Shown in pieces: positions 56,679-64,000 of a stretch of 64,000 bases of DNA. Below the pieces are notes generated by a model that was given only the letters and a program-made list of their open reading frames with translations, was not told where the DNA came from and ran no database searches. Location: contig JBGANV010000001.1 of NCBI GenBank assembly GCA_044222185.1, positions 864,001-928,000 of the forward strand, given 5' to 3'. This stretch comes from Planctomycetota bacterium (GTDB lineage: Bacteria; Planctomycetota; GCA-002687715; CAIWVZ01). A program made the translations under genes and the position numbers. The first letter of the stretch is position 1. Each line of letters opens with the position of its first letter.

Positions 56679-58103
56679 GTGCGCCCGTACACCCTACTCG
56701 GCATCGTGCTCATCGGAGCGCTCCTGGCGTTTGCGGTTCACCACTTCCTGGGCCGCGCGCCGGCACCGGCCGGAACCCAACTTCCCGATCTCACCATCAC
56801 GGGGAGGCCGCCGGCGTTCCATCTCGACGTCACTCCGACGCAAGCGCGCGTCCTGGCGGAGCGGTGCTTCTACGCCATCGCCTCCGATCGCCCCGAACGC
56901 CTCGGCGGCACGAAGGACGACCTGGCGCTGCTGCTCGATCGCGACGAGATCGTCGAGTTCATCCTGGCCGAATGGCACGTCCGCCGAAACGAAGGCAAGT
57001 ACGCCGACGCCGCGTTCGCGGACATCTTCACGCTCGTCCGCAATCGCAAGTTCGTCGAGCCGACCCGTGAGTTGCTGCAGTCGAGCGAACCGCTCGTGGC
57101 GACGAAGGCCGTCGAGGCGGCGATGACGCAACGGGATCCGTCGCTGGTCGGCATGCTCCTGCCGATCCTGGCGAGGCTTCAGTCGGAGAACACCGCGGAG
57201 ATCATCGCGCGACGGGTGAAACTCCTTCAGGCCGCGGCTGCTTGCGGCGGGGATGGCCTCGTCGCGTGCGTCCAGCTGGGGCTCCGCGATCCCGCGAGCG
57301 CCGTCGTCGTCGCCGCGGCAGGGATGATTGCCGCGCAGAAGATCGACGGCCTCGACGCGGATCTGCGCATCCTCATGCAGTCCGCGAGCGACCTGCACGT
57401 GCGAGCTCAGGTCGCTGCCACGCTCCTTCAGCGGGGCGACCTGGCGGCGCGCCGGATCGTCATCGAGGGCCTGGACCCGCGGAATCCGGACGTGGCGGCG
57501 GAAAGTGCGCACCTCATCACCAAGTACCGCTTGATGGAGGCCATGGATTCACTCACGCGCTACGCGACCAAGACCGAGGGGGAACTGCGCCGCGTTTTCG
57601 AGCTGGCCCTGGTTCGTCTCGGAGACCGAACCATCCGCGCCCAGCTCATGCGTTCCGCCGAATCCGCGGGCGATCCTCACGAACTCGACTCGCTCCAGAT
57701 TCTCGCTGCGAGCGGCGACCCGGAAGTCGTGCCGATACTGGAACGCGGTGTCGAGCGGGGTGGCTCTCCGCGATGGCGCGCCATCGCTGCAGGCATCGCC
57801 ACGGGGCGCGACGAGTGCATGATCCCTGTGATCAAGAAGCTCGTCGAGCAGCCCATCATCTATCCTGCCGACTTCGGGGAGTGCGCCGGGGTCGGCGGCG
57901 ACGCCATCGTGCCTCGGCTGGCAGAGCTGTTGCATGCTGCGACGGAACCCACGGTCCAGATTCGCTACATCACCTGGCTTGGCGAATCGGGCATGCCGAG
58001 TGCCCGTGACGTTCTGCTGAAGGAGCGATCGCGGATTCCGAGGCTCGTCGACGAGCGACTCCGCCTCATCGATCTCGATCGTCGCCGGCGCGGCGTGACC
58101 TGA
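56679..58103 (+). CDS. Membrane-anchored HEAT-like repeat protein
   Basis: Single N-terminal TM segment (TLLGIVLIGALLAFAVHHFLG); alpha-solenoid motifs LGLRDPASAVVVAAA, VRAQVAATLLQRGD, LALVRLGD. Confidence 0.68.
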   Translation: MRPYTLLGIVLIGALLAFAVHHFLGRAPAPAGTQLPDLTITGRPPAFHLDVTPTQARVLAERCFYAIASDRPERLGGTKDDLALLLDRDEIVEFILAEWHVRRNEGKYADAAFADIFTLVRNRKFVEPTRELLQSSEPLVATKAVEAAMTQRDPSLVGMLLPILARLQSENTAEIIARRVKLLQAAAACGGDGLVACVQLGLRDPASAVVVAAAGMIAAQKIDGLDADLRILMQSASDLHVRAQVAATLLQRGDLAARRIVIEGLDPRNPDVAAESAHLITKYRLMEAMDSLTRYATKTEGELRRVFELALVRLGDRTIRAQLMRSAESAGDPHELDSLQILAASGDPEVVPILERGVERGGSPRWRAIAAGIATGRDECMIPVIKKLVEQPIIYPADFGECAGVGGDAIVPRLAELLHAATEPTVQIRYITWLGESGMPSARDVLLKERSRIPRLVDERLRLIDLDRRRRGVT

Positions 58104-58109
58104 GCCGCG

Positions 58110-58751
58110 TCAGCGGTTTCCGATAGGCTCGAATCGCACGTCGCGGATCGCGGCGGGCGGGCCCCCGAAGGCGTCGCCCGAGGTGGCCGCGAGGTTTGCG
58201 GGCGGAGCCTCCGCAAGCCCGGCAAACGGTGGATCGCGATCGTTGCGATACTGGCGGAGTTCGCCAGTGGAGTTGATCGCGTAGACGTTCCGGCCGGAGT
58301 ACCCGTACACGATGGGCCAGGCGTACGCGATGAAGTCCTTGTTCATCCGGGTGAGGTCGAGGTTGGCGAGCCCGTCGAAGTTGACGCCGGGCAACCCCGC
58401 TCCCGGCAGGTAGACCGTGAAGTGGTAGCCCTTCTCGAAGAAGGCCGCACCCTGGGGCTTGAGGCTCGCGCGGGCCATGGCACGGGGAGCCGTCACGACG
58501 CGGACGCGCCGCCCGTCCCCGAGAAGCTCGTTCAGGACGCCGTAGGTCTCACCGTTGTTCTGCGACAGGAACGTGCGCTCCGCCGCCTGGATCTCCAAAA
58601 GGACGGCGCGCGCGTTCATCTCGTTCGCCACGATCCGCGTGCTCTGGATCCGGGGGATCGCGAACATGGACGATGCCGCGATCACCGTGAGGATGATGGC
58701 GACTTCGAGCAGGGTGAGGCCGCGCGGGCGAGTGAAGCGGGATGAGGTCAT
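58110..58751 (-). CDS. Type IV pilin / pseudopilin-like protein
   Basis: RG|LTLLEVAIILTVIA prepilin cleavage motif with E5; ANEMNA helix; DUF2950-like GYHF...AYAWP..YG.SGR. Confidence 0.85.
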   Translation of the reverse strand: MTSSRFTRPRGLTLLEVAIILTVIAASSMFAIPRIQSTRIVANEMNARAVLLEIQAAERTFLSQNNGETYGVLNELLGDGRRVRVVTAPRAMARASLKPQGAAFFEKGYHFTVYLPGAGLPGVNFDGLANLDLTRMNKDFIAYAWPIVYGYSGRNVYAINSTGELRQYRNDRDPPFAGLAEAPPANLAATSGDAFGGPPAAIRDVRFEPIGNR

Positions 58752-58889
58752 CGTGGGGCGGGTGCGGGCGCTGGGAAACGTCCCTGGGGCTCAAGAATAC
58801 ATCGGCCATTGGCCCATCAAGCCTTTCCCGGGCTTCGTGGACTGTGTTTTCGCGGTTACGTTCGCGAGCCTCACGAAGATGGGGATCCC

Positions 58890-60176
58890 ATGGCGACGGA
58901 AACACCCGGCGAACGGACGACATTCGACAACGGTGTCGCGGTCCTGCGGCGATTGAGGTCCGGGGGCCACCGTGCATTCTTCGCGGGGGGGTGTGTTCGG
59001 GACCACCTGCGGGGCCGGACACCCGCCGATTTCGACGTCGCCACGTCCGCACGCCCAGAAGAGGTCGAAGGACTGTTTCGGCGGACGATCGCGGTCGGGA
59101 AGGCGTTTGGTGTCGTTCGCGTCGCGTGCAAGGGCGATTGGTTCGAAGTCGCGACCTTCCGTCGGGATGGTGCGTACGCAGATGGGCGCCGGCCCGAGTC
59201 CGTCACGTATTCCGACGAACGCGAGGATGCAGCGCGGCGAGATTTCACGATCAACGGGATGTTCTGGGACCCTGATTCCGGCGAGATCCTCGATTACGTG
59301 GGGGGCCGCGCCGACCTGGAGCGCGGCGTCATCCGCGCCATAGGCGACCCTGATTCCCGCATCCAGGAAGACGCGCTGCGGCTCCTTCGAGCGGTCCGTT
59401 TCGCAGCACGGGAGGACTTCACCCTCGATCCGGCGACTGAGGACGCCGTCCGCCGGCATCGCGAGCGACTCGCCGCCGTGTCGCCGGAGCGGATCCGCGA
59501 GGAGCTGTTCAAGCTCGCGAAGGCCCCATCAGACAACCGCGCGCTCGGGGTGGCGCTGATCTCGCGCACGGGGTTGCTCGACGTCATCCTGCCGGAGGTC
59601 GTCGCCGTCGCCGCCGAGGCTCGACGGATCGTCGCGGCGACGCGACTCCCGGGACTCGCGCTCATGCTCGCAGGCATGTTGGCGCGCGCGCTTCCCCAGT
59701 CGACGCGACCCCCGCGCTGGCGCGCGCTGGCCGAGGTCATCACGGAGAGGCTTCGATTATCCAACGAGGAGCATCAGGAACTGTCGATGCTTCTCGCGGA
59801 CCGCGTTCGCGTCGAAGGGGCACTGCATGCCACTCCGGCTCGGCGACGCCTCTGCGCGGCCCGAGCGGGGTTCGACCGCCTGCACGAACTCGTTCGTGCG
59901 CAAGGAGACGCCGACGCGGCGCTCGCGATGCTCGATGCCACGCGCGCGGCGCACCCCGTGGGACTTCCGCCTCCGCTTCTGGACGGGAACCGTCTCGCCG
60001 AGTTGGGTATCCCGCGCGGTCCCAGGCTCGGACTCTGGATCCGGCGGCTCCGAGTGCTCCAGCTCGGCGGTCGCCTCCCGGATGCGGCCGCTGCCCAATC
60101 CTGGGTGAGCGCGCGGCTGCACGGAGGAGAGGAGGATCCGCACCAGGTCGGTGGAGCCGGCCTCGGCCGACCGTGA
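58890..60176 (+). CDS. cca: CCA tRNA nucleotidyltransferase (class II, no HD domain)
   Basis: GGCVRD, DFDVAT, EVATFR, RRDFTIN, EDALRLLRAVRF, VSPERIREEL. Confidence 0.9.
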   Translation: MATETPGERTTFDNGVAVLRRLRSGGHRAFFAGGCVRDHLRGRTPADFDVATSARPEEVEGLFRRTIAVGKAFGVVRVACKGDWFEVATFRRDGAYADGRRPESVTYSDEREDAARRDFTINGMFWDPDSGEILDYVGGRADLERGVIRAIGDPDSRIQEDALRLLRAVRFAAREDFTLDPATEDAVRRHRERLAAVSPERIREELFKLAKAPSDNRALGVALISRTGLLDVILPEVVAVAAEARRIVAATRLPGLALMLAGMLARALPQSTRPPRWRALAEVITERLRLSNEEHQELSMLLADRVRVEGALHATPARRRLCAARAGFDRLHELVRAQGDADAALAMLDATRAAHPVGLPPPLLDGNRLAELGIPRGPRLGLWIRRLRVLQLGGRLPDAAAAQSWVSARLHGGEEDPHQVGGAGLGRP

Positions 60177-60667
60177 GTTTAGGGGCTCGTCGAACGAGGC
60201 GCATCGTGGTCGTGTCGGGCCTTGGAGTCCTCAATGCAGCCCTGTGGTGCGTCGGGCGGCGGTGTTGGCGAGACGAACCGCCAGTCCCCTCGAATGTTGG
60301 TGAGATCGACCCGCGTCGAATCGCACCAACTCTCGAGTCCCGCCCATTCCCGTGCATTGGAAGCCTGATTCTGGTCGGAAGGTATGCAGGGTGCGACATC
60401 TGCATCGAGGATGCACCCGAGGGTCGGTGGATACAGATCCGACGGATCACCCCCGGGAATCCGATCTTCGATGCTCTCGTGATTCTCGATCCGCATGAAG
60501 GAGCAGCTCCGTACGACGTCAAGTTCGAGGCTGGCCTCGTGTTCGATGAAGAGGAGATCCGCCGACTGGTTCGTCACTGGGACACTTGGGGTTTCGTCGA
60601 AGACGGAGTGCTGATCGACCGGTACGGCACCGAGCAGGCCGCAACGCGAAGTCGGCTTTCAAAGTGA
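60173..60667 (+). CDS. Hypothetical protein
   Basis: GTGA overlap with cca; hydrophobic N-terminus; more A/T-ending codons than neighbours; no recognised motif. Confidence 0.45.
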   Translation: MSLGARRTRRIVVVSGLGVLNAALWCVGRRCWRDEPPVPSNVGEIDPRRIAPTLESRPFPCIGSLILVGRYAGCDICIEDAPEGRWIQIRRITPGNPIFDALVILDPHEGAAPYDVKFEAGLVFDEEEIRRLVRHWDTWGFVEDGVLIDRYGTEQAATRSRLSK

Positions 60668-60980
60668 GGAGCGTTGCCGTCCACGGCGCCGCGGTTCACG
60701 ACGGAAGCCGGCAGAGGACGGCGGCGGTGGCGCGCTCGCCGTCCCCAAGTCTGATCCGCGAGCGCGCGGATCGCGAAACCGGAGCCAAACTGCCCAAGCT
60801 CGGGGAGGCATCGCCGTTGACGGACCTGCCCCTGCGCACTCGGATGCGTGTCGGCCCCCGTTCCGGGTCCCACGAATGGGGCCCGGTCGGGTAGACTGCC
60901 GCCCTCAATGCCGCGCCATTCGACCGGCGGATGGCGCACTTTTTGGGGCGGGTTCCACCTCTTCTGTCACAGGTATCACC

Positions 60981-62297
60981 ATGACCGATTCCCTCCGATC
61001 GACGATCGCGGCCCTGGTGGTTTCAGCCGCCGCCTTCGGGCAGTGTCCCGGGGTATTTGGGGACGACGGGTTCGACACGGGTTGCTGCACGGCACCCGTG
61101 CCCAACCTGCCTGTGTTCCCGGCGTTGACGATGACGGCCGACTGGGCCGAGCTCATGGGTTGCGGCCCCCAAAACCAGAACACCTGCCTCCTCGTTCTCG
61201 GCCCGCCGGCAATGGTCTTCTGCGACTACGCGCTGATCAGCGTCTTCGTGTCGTTTCCGGGCGGAGAGACGATCTCGGGCCAGCTCGCCGCGAAGTTCGC
61301 GCGGACCTTCAAGCAGCTTCCGATCGCGAACGGGCAGGTCTGGCGGTTCCTGGTGAACGGCGATCTGACGTGTCTGCCGAACTCATCGACCGGGTACGGG
61401 TGCACGTCTCCGCTTCCCCGTTGCGCATTCCCGTTGCCCAACGCCCCGATTCATTTCGACGGCCACGTCGACTACGTCTGCGACCCGGCCAACCCCGGAA
61501 CGATGACGGCTTCGATGAGCCTGAATCATCTCCAGGGGTGCATCTCCCACGCGTCGTGGTCCTGCATACCCATCGCCGGTTTCGTCGGCCACCAGGAATC
61601 CAGCTACCACCTCGTCGCGCCAGCGCCGTTCAACTTCGGAGTCGGCTCGCCGCCGCAGGGACCGATCTACGCCGGCTCGGTCCGCCCGTCCTACCTTCGG
61701 CTGCTGCCGAATTTCGCATACCAGTGTTACGGGGAAGCGAAGGCCGGCCCGCTCGGGACGCTCTTCACGAGCTCGAGTGCGGGCTGCCTCCTCTGCGGCG
61801 GATTCGATCAGTGCACGGCATCGGCGATCCCGTGCGGGGCCCCAGGAACCCCTGGAGGCCCCTGCTACTCGAACCAGTCACTCAACTACCCGGTTTGCTG
61901 CGGAACGGGCATCACTTCGTTCTTTCAGTCGTTTCCGGTCGCGGGGACTCCGGTTGCGTCGACGGGGCTCGTCGCCCAGGTCATCGGGACCTTCGGCTCG
62001 TTCGCTCACTACCCAGGCAACGGAACGTTGTCGGTCTACTGGGGCGTCATTCAGTACTCCGCTCCGACGTCCTGTCTGCCGGTCAACTGGCCGATCCACG
62101 CGGCAGTTGGAGTTGCGACGTCCAAGGTGCCGGCGGAGATCTTCAACCTGGTCCCGTGCCTGGGCAACCCGCCACTGATCAACAGTACTTTCGTCGACCT
62201 TCAGAACTGCTTGCCGCTGAATACGCCAGGAGTCCTGCTGCCCGGCTACGGCTGCCTGTCGGCCGCCGACGTGGTGTGGTCGTTCAGCATGGTCTGA
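60981..62297 (+). CDS. Secreted cysteine-rich protein
   Basis: Signal peptide MTDSLRSTIAALVVSAAAFG|Q; 24 Cys in 438 aa (hand count); good coding bias. Confidence 0.8.
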   Translation: MTDSLRSTIAALVVSAAAFGQCPGVFGDDGFDTGCCTAPVPNLPVFPALTMTADWAELMGCGPQNQNTCLLVLGPPAMVFCDYALISVFVSFPGGETISGQLAAKFARTFKQLPIANGQVWRFLVNGDLTCLPNSSTGYGCTSPLPRCAFPLPNAPIHFDGHVDYVCDPANPGTMTASMSLNHLQGCISHASWSCIPIAGFVGHQESSYHLVAPAPFNFGVGSPPQGPIYAGSVRPSYLRLLPNFAYQCYGEAKAGPLGTLFTSSSAGCLLCGGFDQCTASAIPCGAPGTPGGPCYSNQSLNYPVCCGTGITSFFQSFPVAGTPVASTGLVAQVIGTFGSFAHYPGNGTLSVYWGVIQYSAPTSCLPVNWPIHAAVGVATSKVPAEIFNLVPCLGNPPLINSTFVDLQNCLPLNTPGVLLPGYGCLSAADVVWSFSMV

Positions 62298-62484
62298 CCG
62301 AAGCTGCCTCCTGAACAGCACGCCCGAAGCGTCTCGGGAATGGAACTCCGCGTCCCGACATCGATGCCGTCGGCCGATGGATCGGAGGGCAACGACGAGC
62401 GACGCTCGCAGGCCCGTGTGGATTCGCCGAACGGCTGCGTCCGGCGGACGCCGCCGATAGACGTGAACTACGGCCGCAATTAGC

Positions 62485-63345
62485 TCACGACCCGCGCTGG
62501 GAGAGGGCGCGCTTCAGCGCGAGCGTGACGGGGAGCAACGCGGCGATGCCGGCGCCGCCGACCCAGTCGCGGCTGGCGATCGCGTAGGCGGCATCGACGA
62601 GCGCGAGGGTCAGGACCGCGCGGGGGACGACGGCACCAAGGCGTGACGGCGTCGCGAACGCCGGTCTCGAGACGTAGGTCGCGAGACCCAGCAGGGCCAC
62701 GGCCAATGCGGCGGCCGTTGCGCCGTGGCCTCGAACGAGCGCTGCCGCGGCAGGCGCCAGGTAGAGGGCCGGCATCAGTCCGATCGCGACGCGCGCCCGC
62801 ATCGCGGATGCCGTCCGGTCCTCGGTCTGGCTCACGATGGTCACCATCCCGAGGAGCGCCCCATGAAGGAGGGGCCACGCGAGGTCGATGGCATCTCGTG
62901 CCTCGCCGAGTTCGAGGCCTCGCGCGAGGTTCAGCGCGCGACAGGAGGCCAGCGCGAGGACTGCGATGAAGCCGGCCCCATCCGGAAGCAGGTCATAGGT
63001 GAGGATGAGGCCGGCGAGGGCTGCCGCCAGGACCAGTCCCGGGATTCCGGCGACGCCGCCCGAGGCCACGCCGAGACACAGCAGCACGAAGCCGACAGCG
63101 CGCGCGGGGTGCGGTGCGATGACGCCACTCGGAAGAGGTCGATCGGGGTGAAGCCGCCGATCCTTCTCCAGGTCGAAGACGTCGTTGAGGACGATCCCAC
63201 CCGCGTAGAGCGCACCCGAACCGAGTGCGATCGTCAGGACTCGGGGCGACCACAAGGGAAGCCGGGCGAGCGCCGCGCCGGCGAGGACGTCAGCAATCGC
63301 CGTCGGGACGTTCGGCAGGCGGATGAGGCGAAGCCACGCGCGCAC
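62485..63345 (-). CDS. eboC: UbiA-family prenyltransferase, EboC-like
   Basis: LIRLPNVPTAIADVLAG, LYAGGIVLNDVFD...D....PDRPLPSG, CRALNL, LVDA. Confidence 0.78.
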   Translation of the reverse strand: MRAWLRLIRLPNVPTAIADVLAGAALARLPLWSPRVLTIALGSGALYAGGIVLNDVFDLEKDRRLHPDRPLPSGVIAPHPARAVGFVLLCLGVASGGVAGIPGLVLAAALAGLILTYDLLPDGAGFIAVLALASCRALNLARGLELGEARDAIDLAWPLLHGALLGMVTIVSQTEDRTASAMRARVAIGLMPALYLAPAAAALVRGHGATAAALAVALLGLATYVSRPAFATPSRLGAVVPRAVLTLALVDAAYAIASRDWVGGAGIAALLPVTLALKRALSQRGS

Positions 63346-63347
63346 GC

Positions 63348-64000
63348 TCAGGAGGCGATCCAGTGGCGGATGTCGTTCCAGGTGACGAAGAGCATCAACC
63401 CGAGAATCAGGATGAAGCCGATCCACGAGAAGACGTTCACGACGCCGTCCGAAACAGGCTTGCCCTTGATGCGTTCGAGGAGGAGGAAGAGCAGCCACCC
63501 GCCGTCGAGGACGGGAATCGGCAGGATGTTCAACACGGCCAGGTTGATCGAGATGACCGCGAGGAAGAGCAGGCCGCGGGAGAAGGCGATCTTCGACGAG
63601 TCGACGGACTGGCGGACGATCGTGATGATGCCGCCGAGCTTGTCCGCGGACACGCGCCGCGCGAACAGCCCACGAAGCGTGTTCAGGACGCGCGCGGTCA
63701 TCATCGTCGTGTAGTCGAAGCCGGCGCTGATGGCCTGACTCGGCGGTACCCGCTTCGTGTACAGCGGCTGTGAGTATCCGAAGTCCCGGAAGGCCTGGTT
63801 GCGGCGCGGCGCCGCCCGCGTGATGCGAATCTGGACGGTCTCGCCCGCCGCGATCGGCGTCCGCCCCCGCACGATCGTGAACGTGGCCGTGTCGACGCCG
63901 GCGTTGGCCGCCTTGATCTCGTCGAATTGCTTCACCGGCTTCCCGTCGACGGACTCGACGACGTCTCCCGGTTGCACTCCTGCGGCGGCCGCGGCACTCG
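63348..64000 (-). CDS. rseP: RIP metalloprotease RseP (M50), C-terminal part; 5' end outside the window
   Basis: PDZ-like QPGDVVESVDG; ISINLAVLNILPIPVLDGG; TWNDI. Confidence 0.88.
   Translation of the reverse strand, partial: SAAAAAGVQPGDVVESVDGKPVKQFDEIKAANAGVDTATFTIVRGRTPIAAGETVQIRITRAAPRRNQAFRDFGYSQPLYTKRVPPSQAISAGFDYTTMMTARVLNTLRGLFARRVSADKLGGIITIVRQSVDSSKIAFSRGLLFLAVISINLAVLNILPIPVLDGGWLLFLLLERIKGKPVSDGVVNVFSWIGFILILGLMLFVTWNDIRHWIAS

Noticed and set aside
1-64000. CRISPR arrays, tRNA/rRNA genes, IS elements, riboswitches (SAM before yitJ, TPP before thiE)
   Set aside because: No regularly spaced repeats, cloverleaf or T-loop signatures, transposase ORFs or recognisable aptamer cores found by eye; the thiE gap is only ~35 nt. 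An Infernal/tRNAscan run is needed to exclude them.

Overview
High-GC bacterial chromosomal segment, mostly housekeeping genes. The gene content (futalosine-pathway mqnC, stand-alone UAP-type UDP-GlcNAc pyrophosphorylase, many HEAT and signal-peptide proteins) suggests an uncultured Planctomycetota-like organism; this is an inference, not a placement. Core blocks: trxA-nrnA-pepA-LonN-eboB; lexA-imuA-imuB-dnaE2; pepE-truB; yitJ-udk-eboF; mltA-DUF4026-thpR-recA; rpmF-plsX-fabH-fabD-fabG-acpP-fabF-UAP-ddl-thiE-thiL-tsaE; cca; rseP-eboC. I saw no tRNA, rRNA, CRISPR array or IS element. Most interesting signals: (1) a 1806-aa protein joining two intact lipase-type hydrolases, a macro/M17-N-like domain, a CHAT caspase-like protease and TPR-like helices, with Arg-Gly motifs in its linkers; (2) a shared ~115-140-aa terminal domain on three unrelated secreted proteins, a candidate lineage-specific sorting or anchoring tag; (3) an E. 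coli-type LexA with tandem CTGG-N8-CCAG boxes before the mutagenesis cassette, while recA has no such box; (4) three ebo genes split among housekeeping operons; (5) a sigma54/IHF-type promoter before a 63-aa orphan; (6) a degenerate FetAB-like ABC pair; (7) a HEAT-TolC-HEAT triplet with no pump. All calls come from reading motifs by eye; no searches were run.
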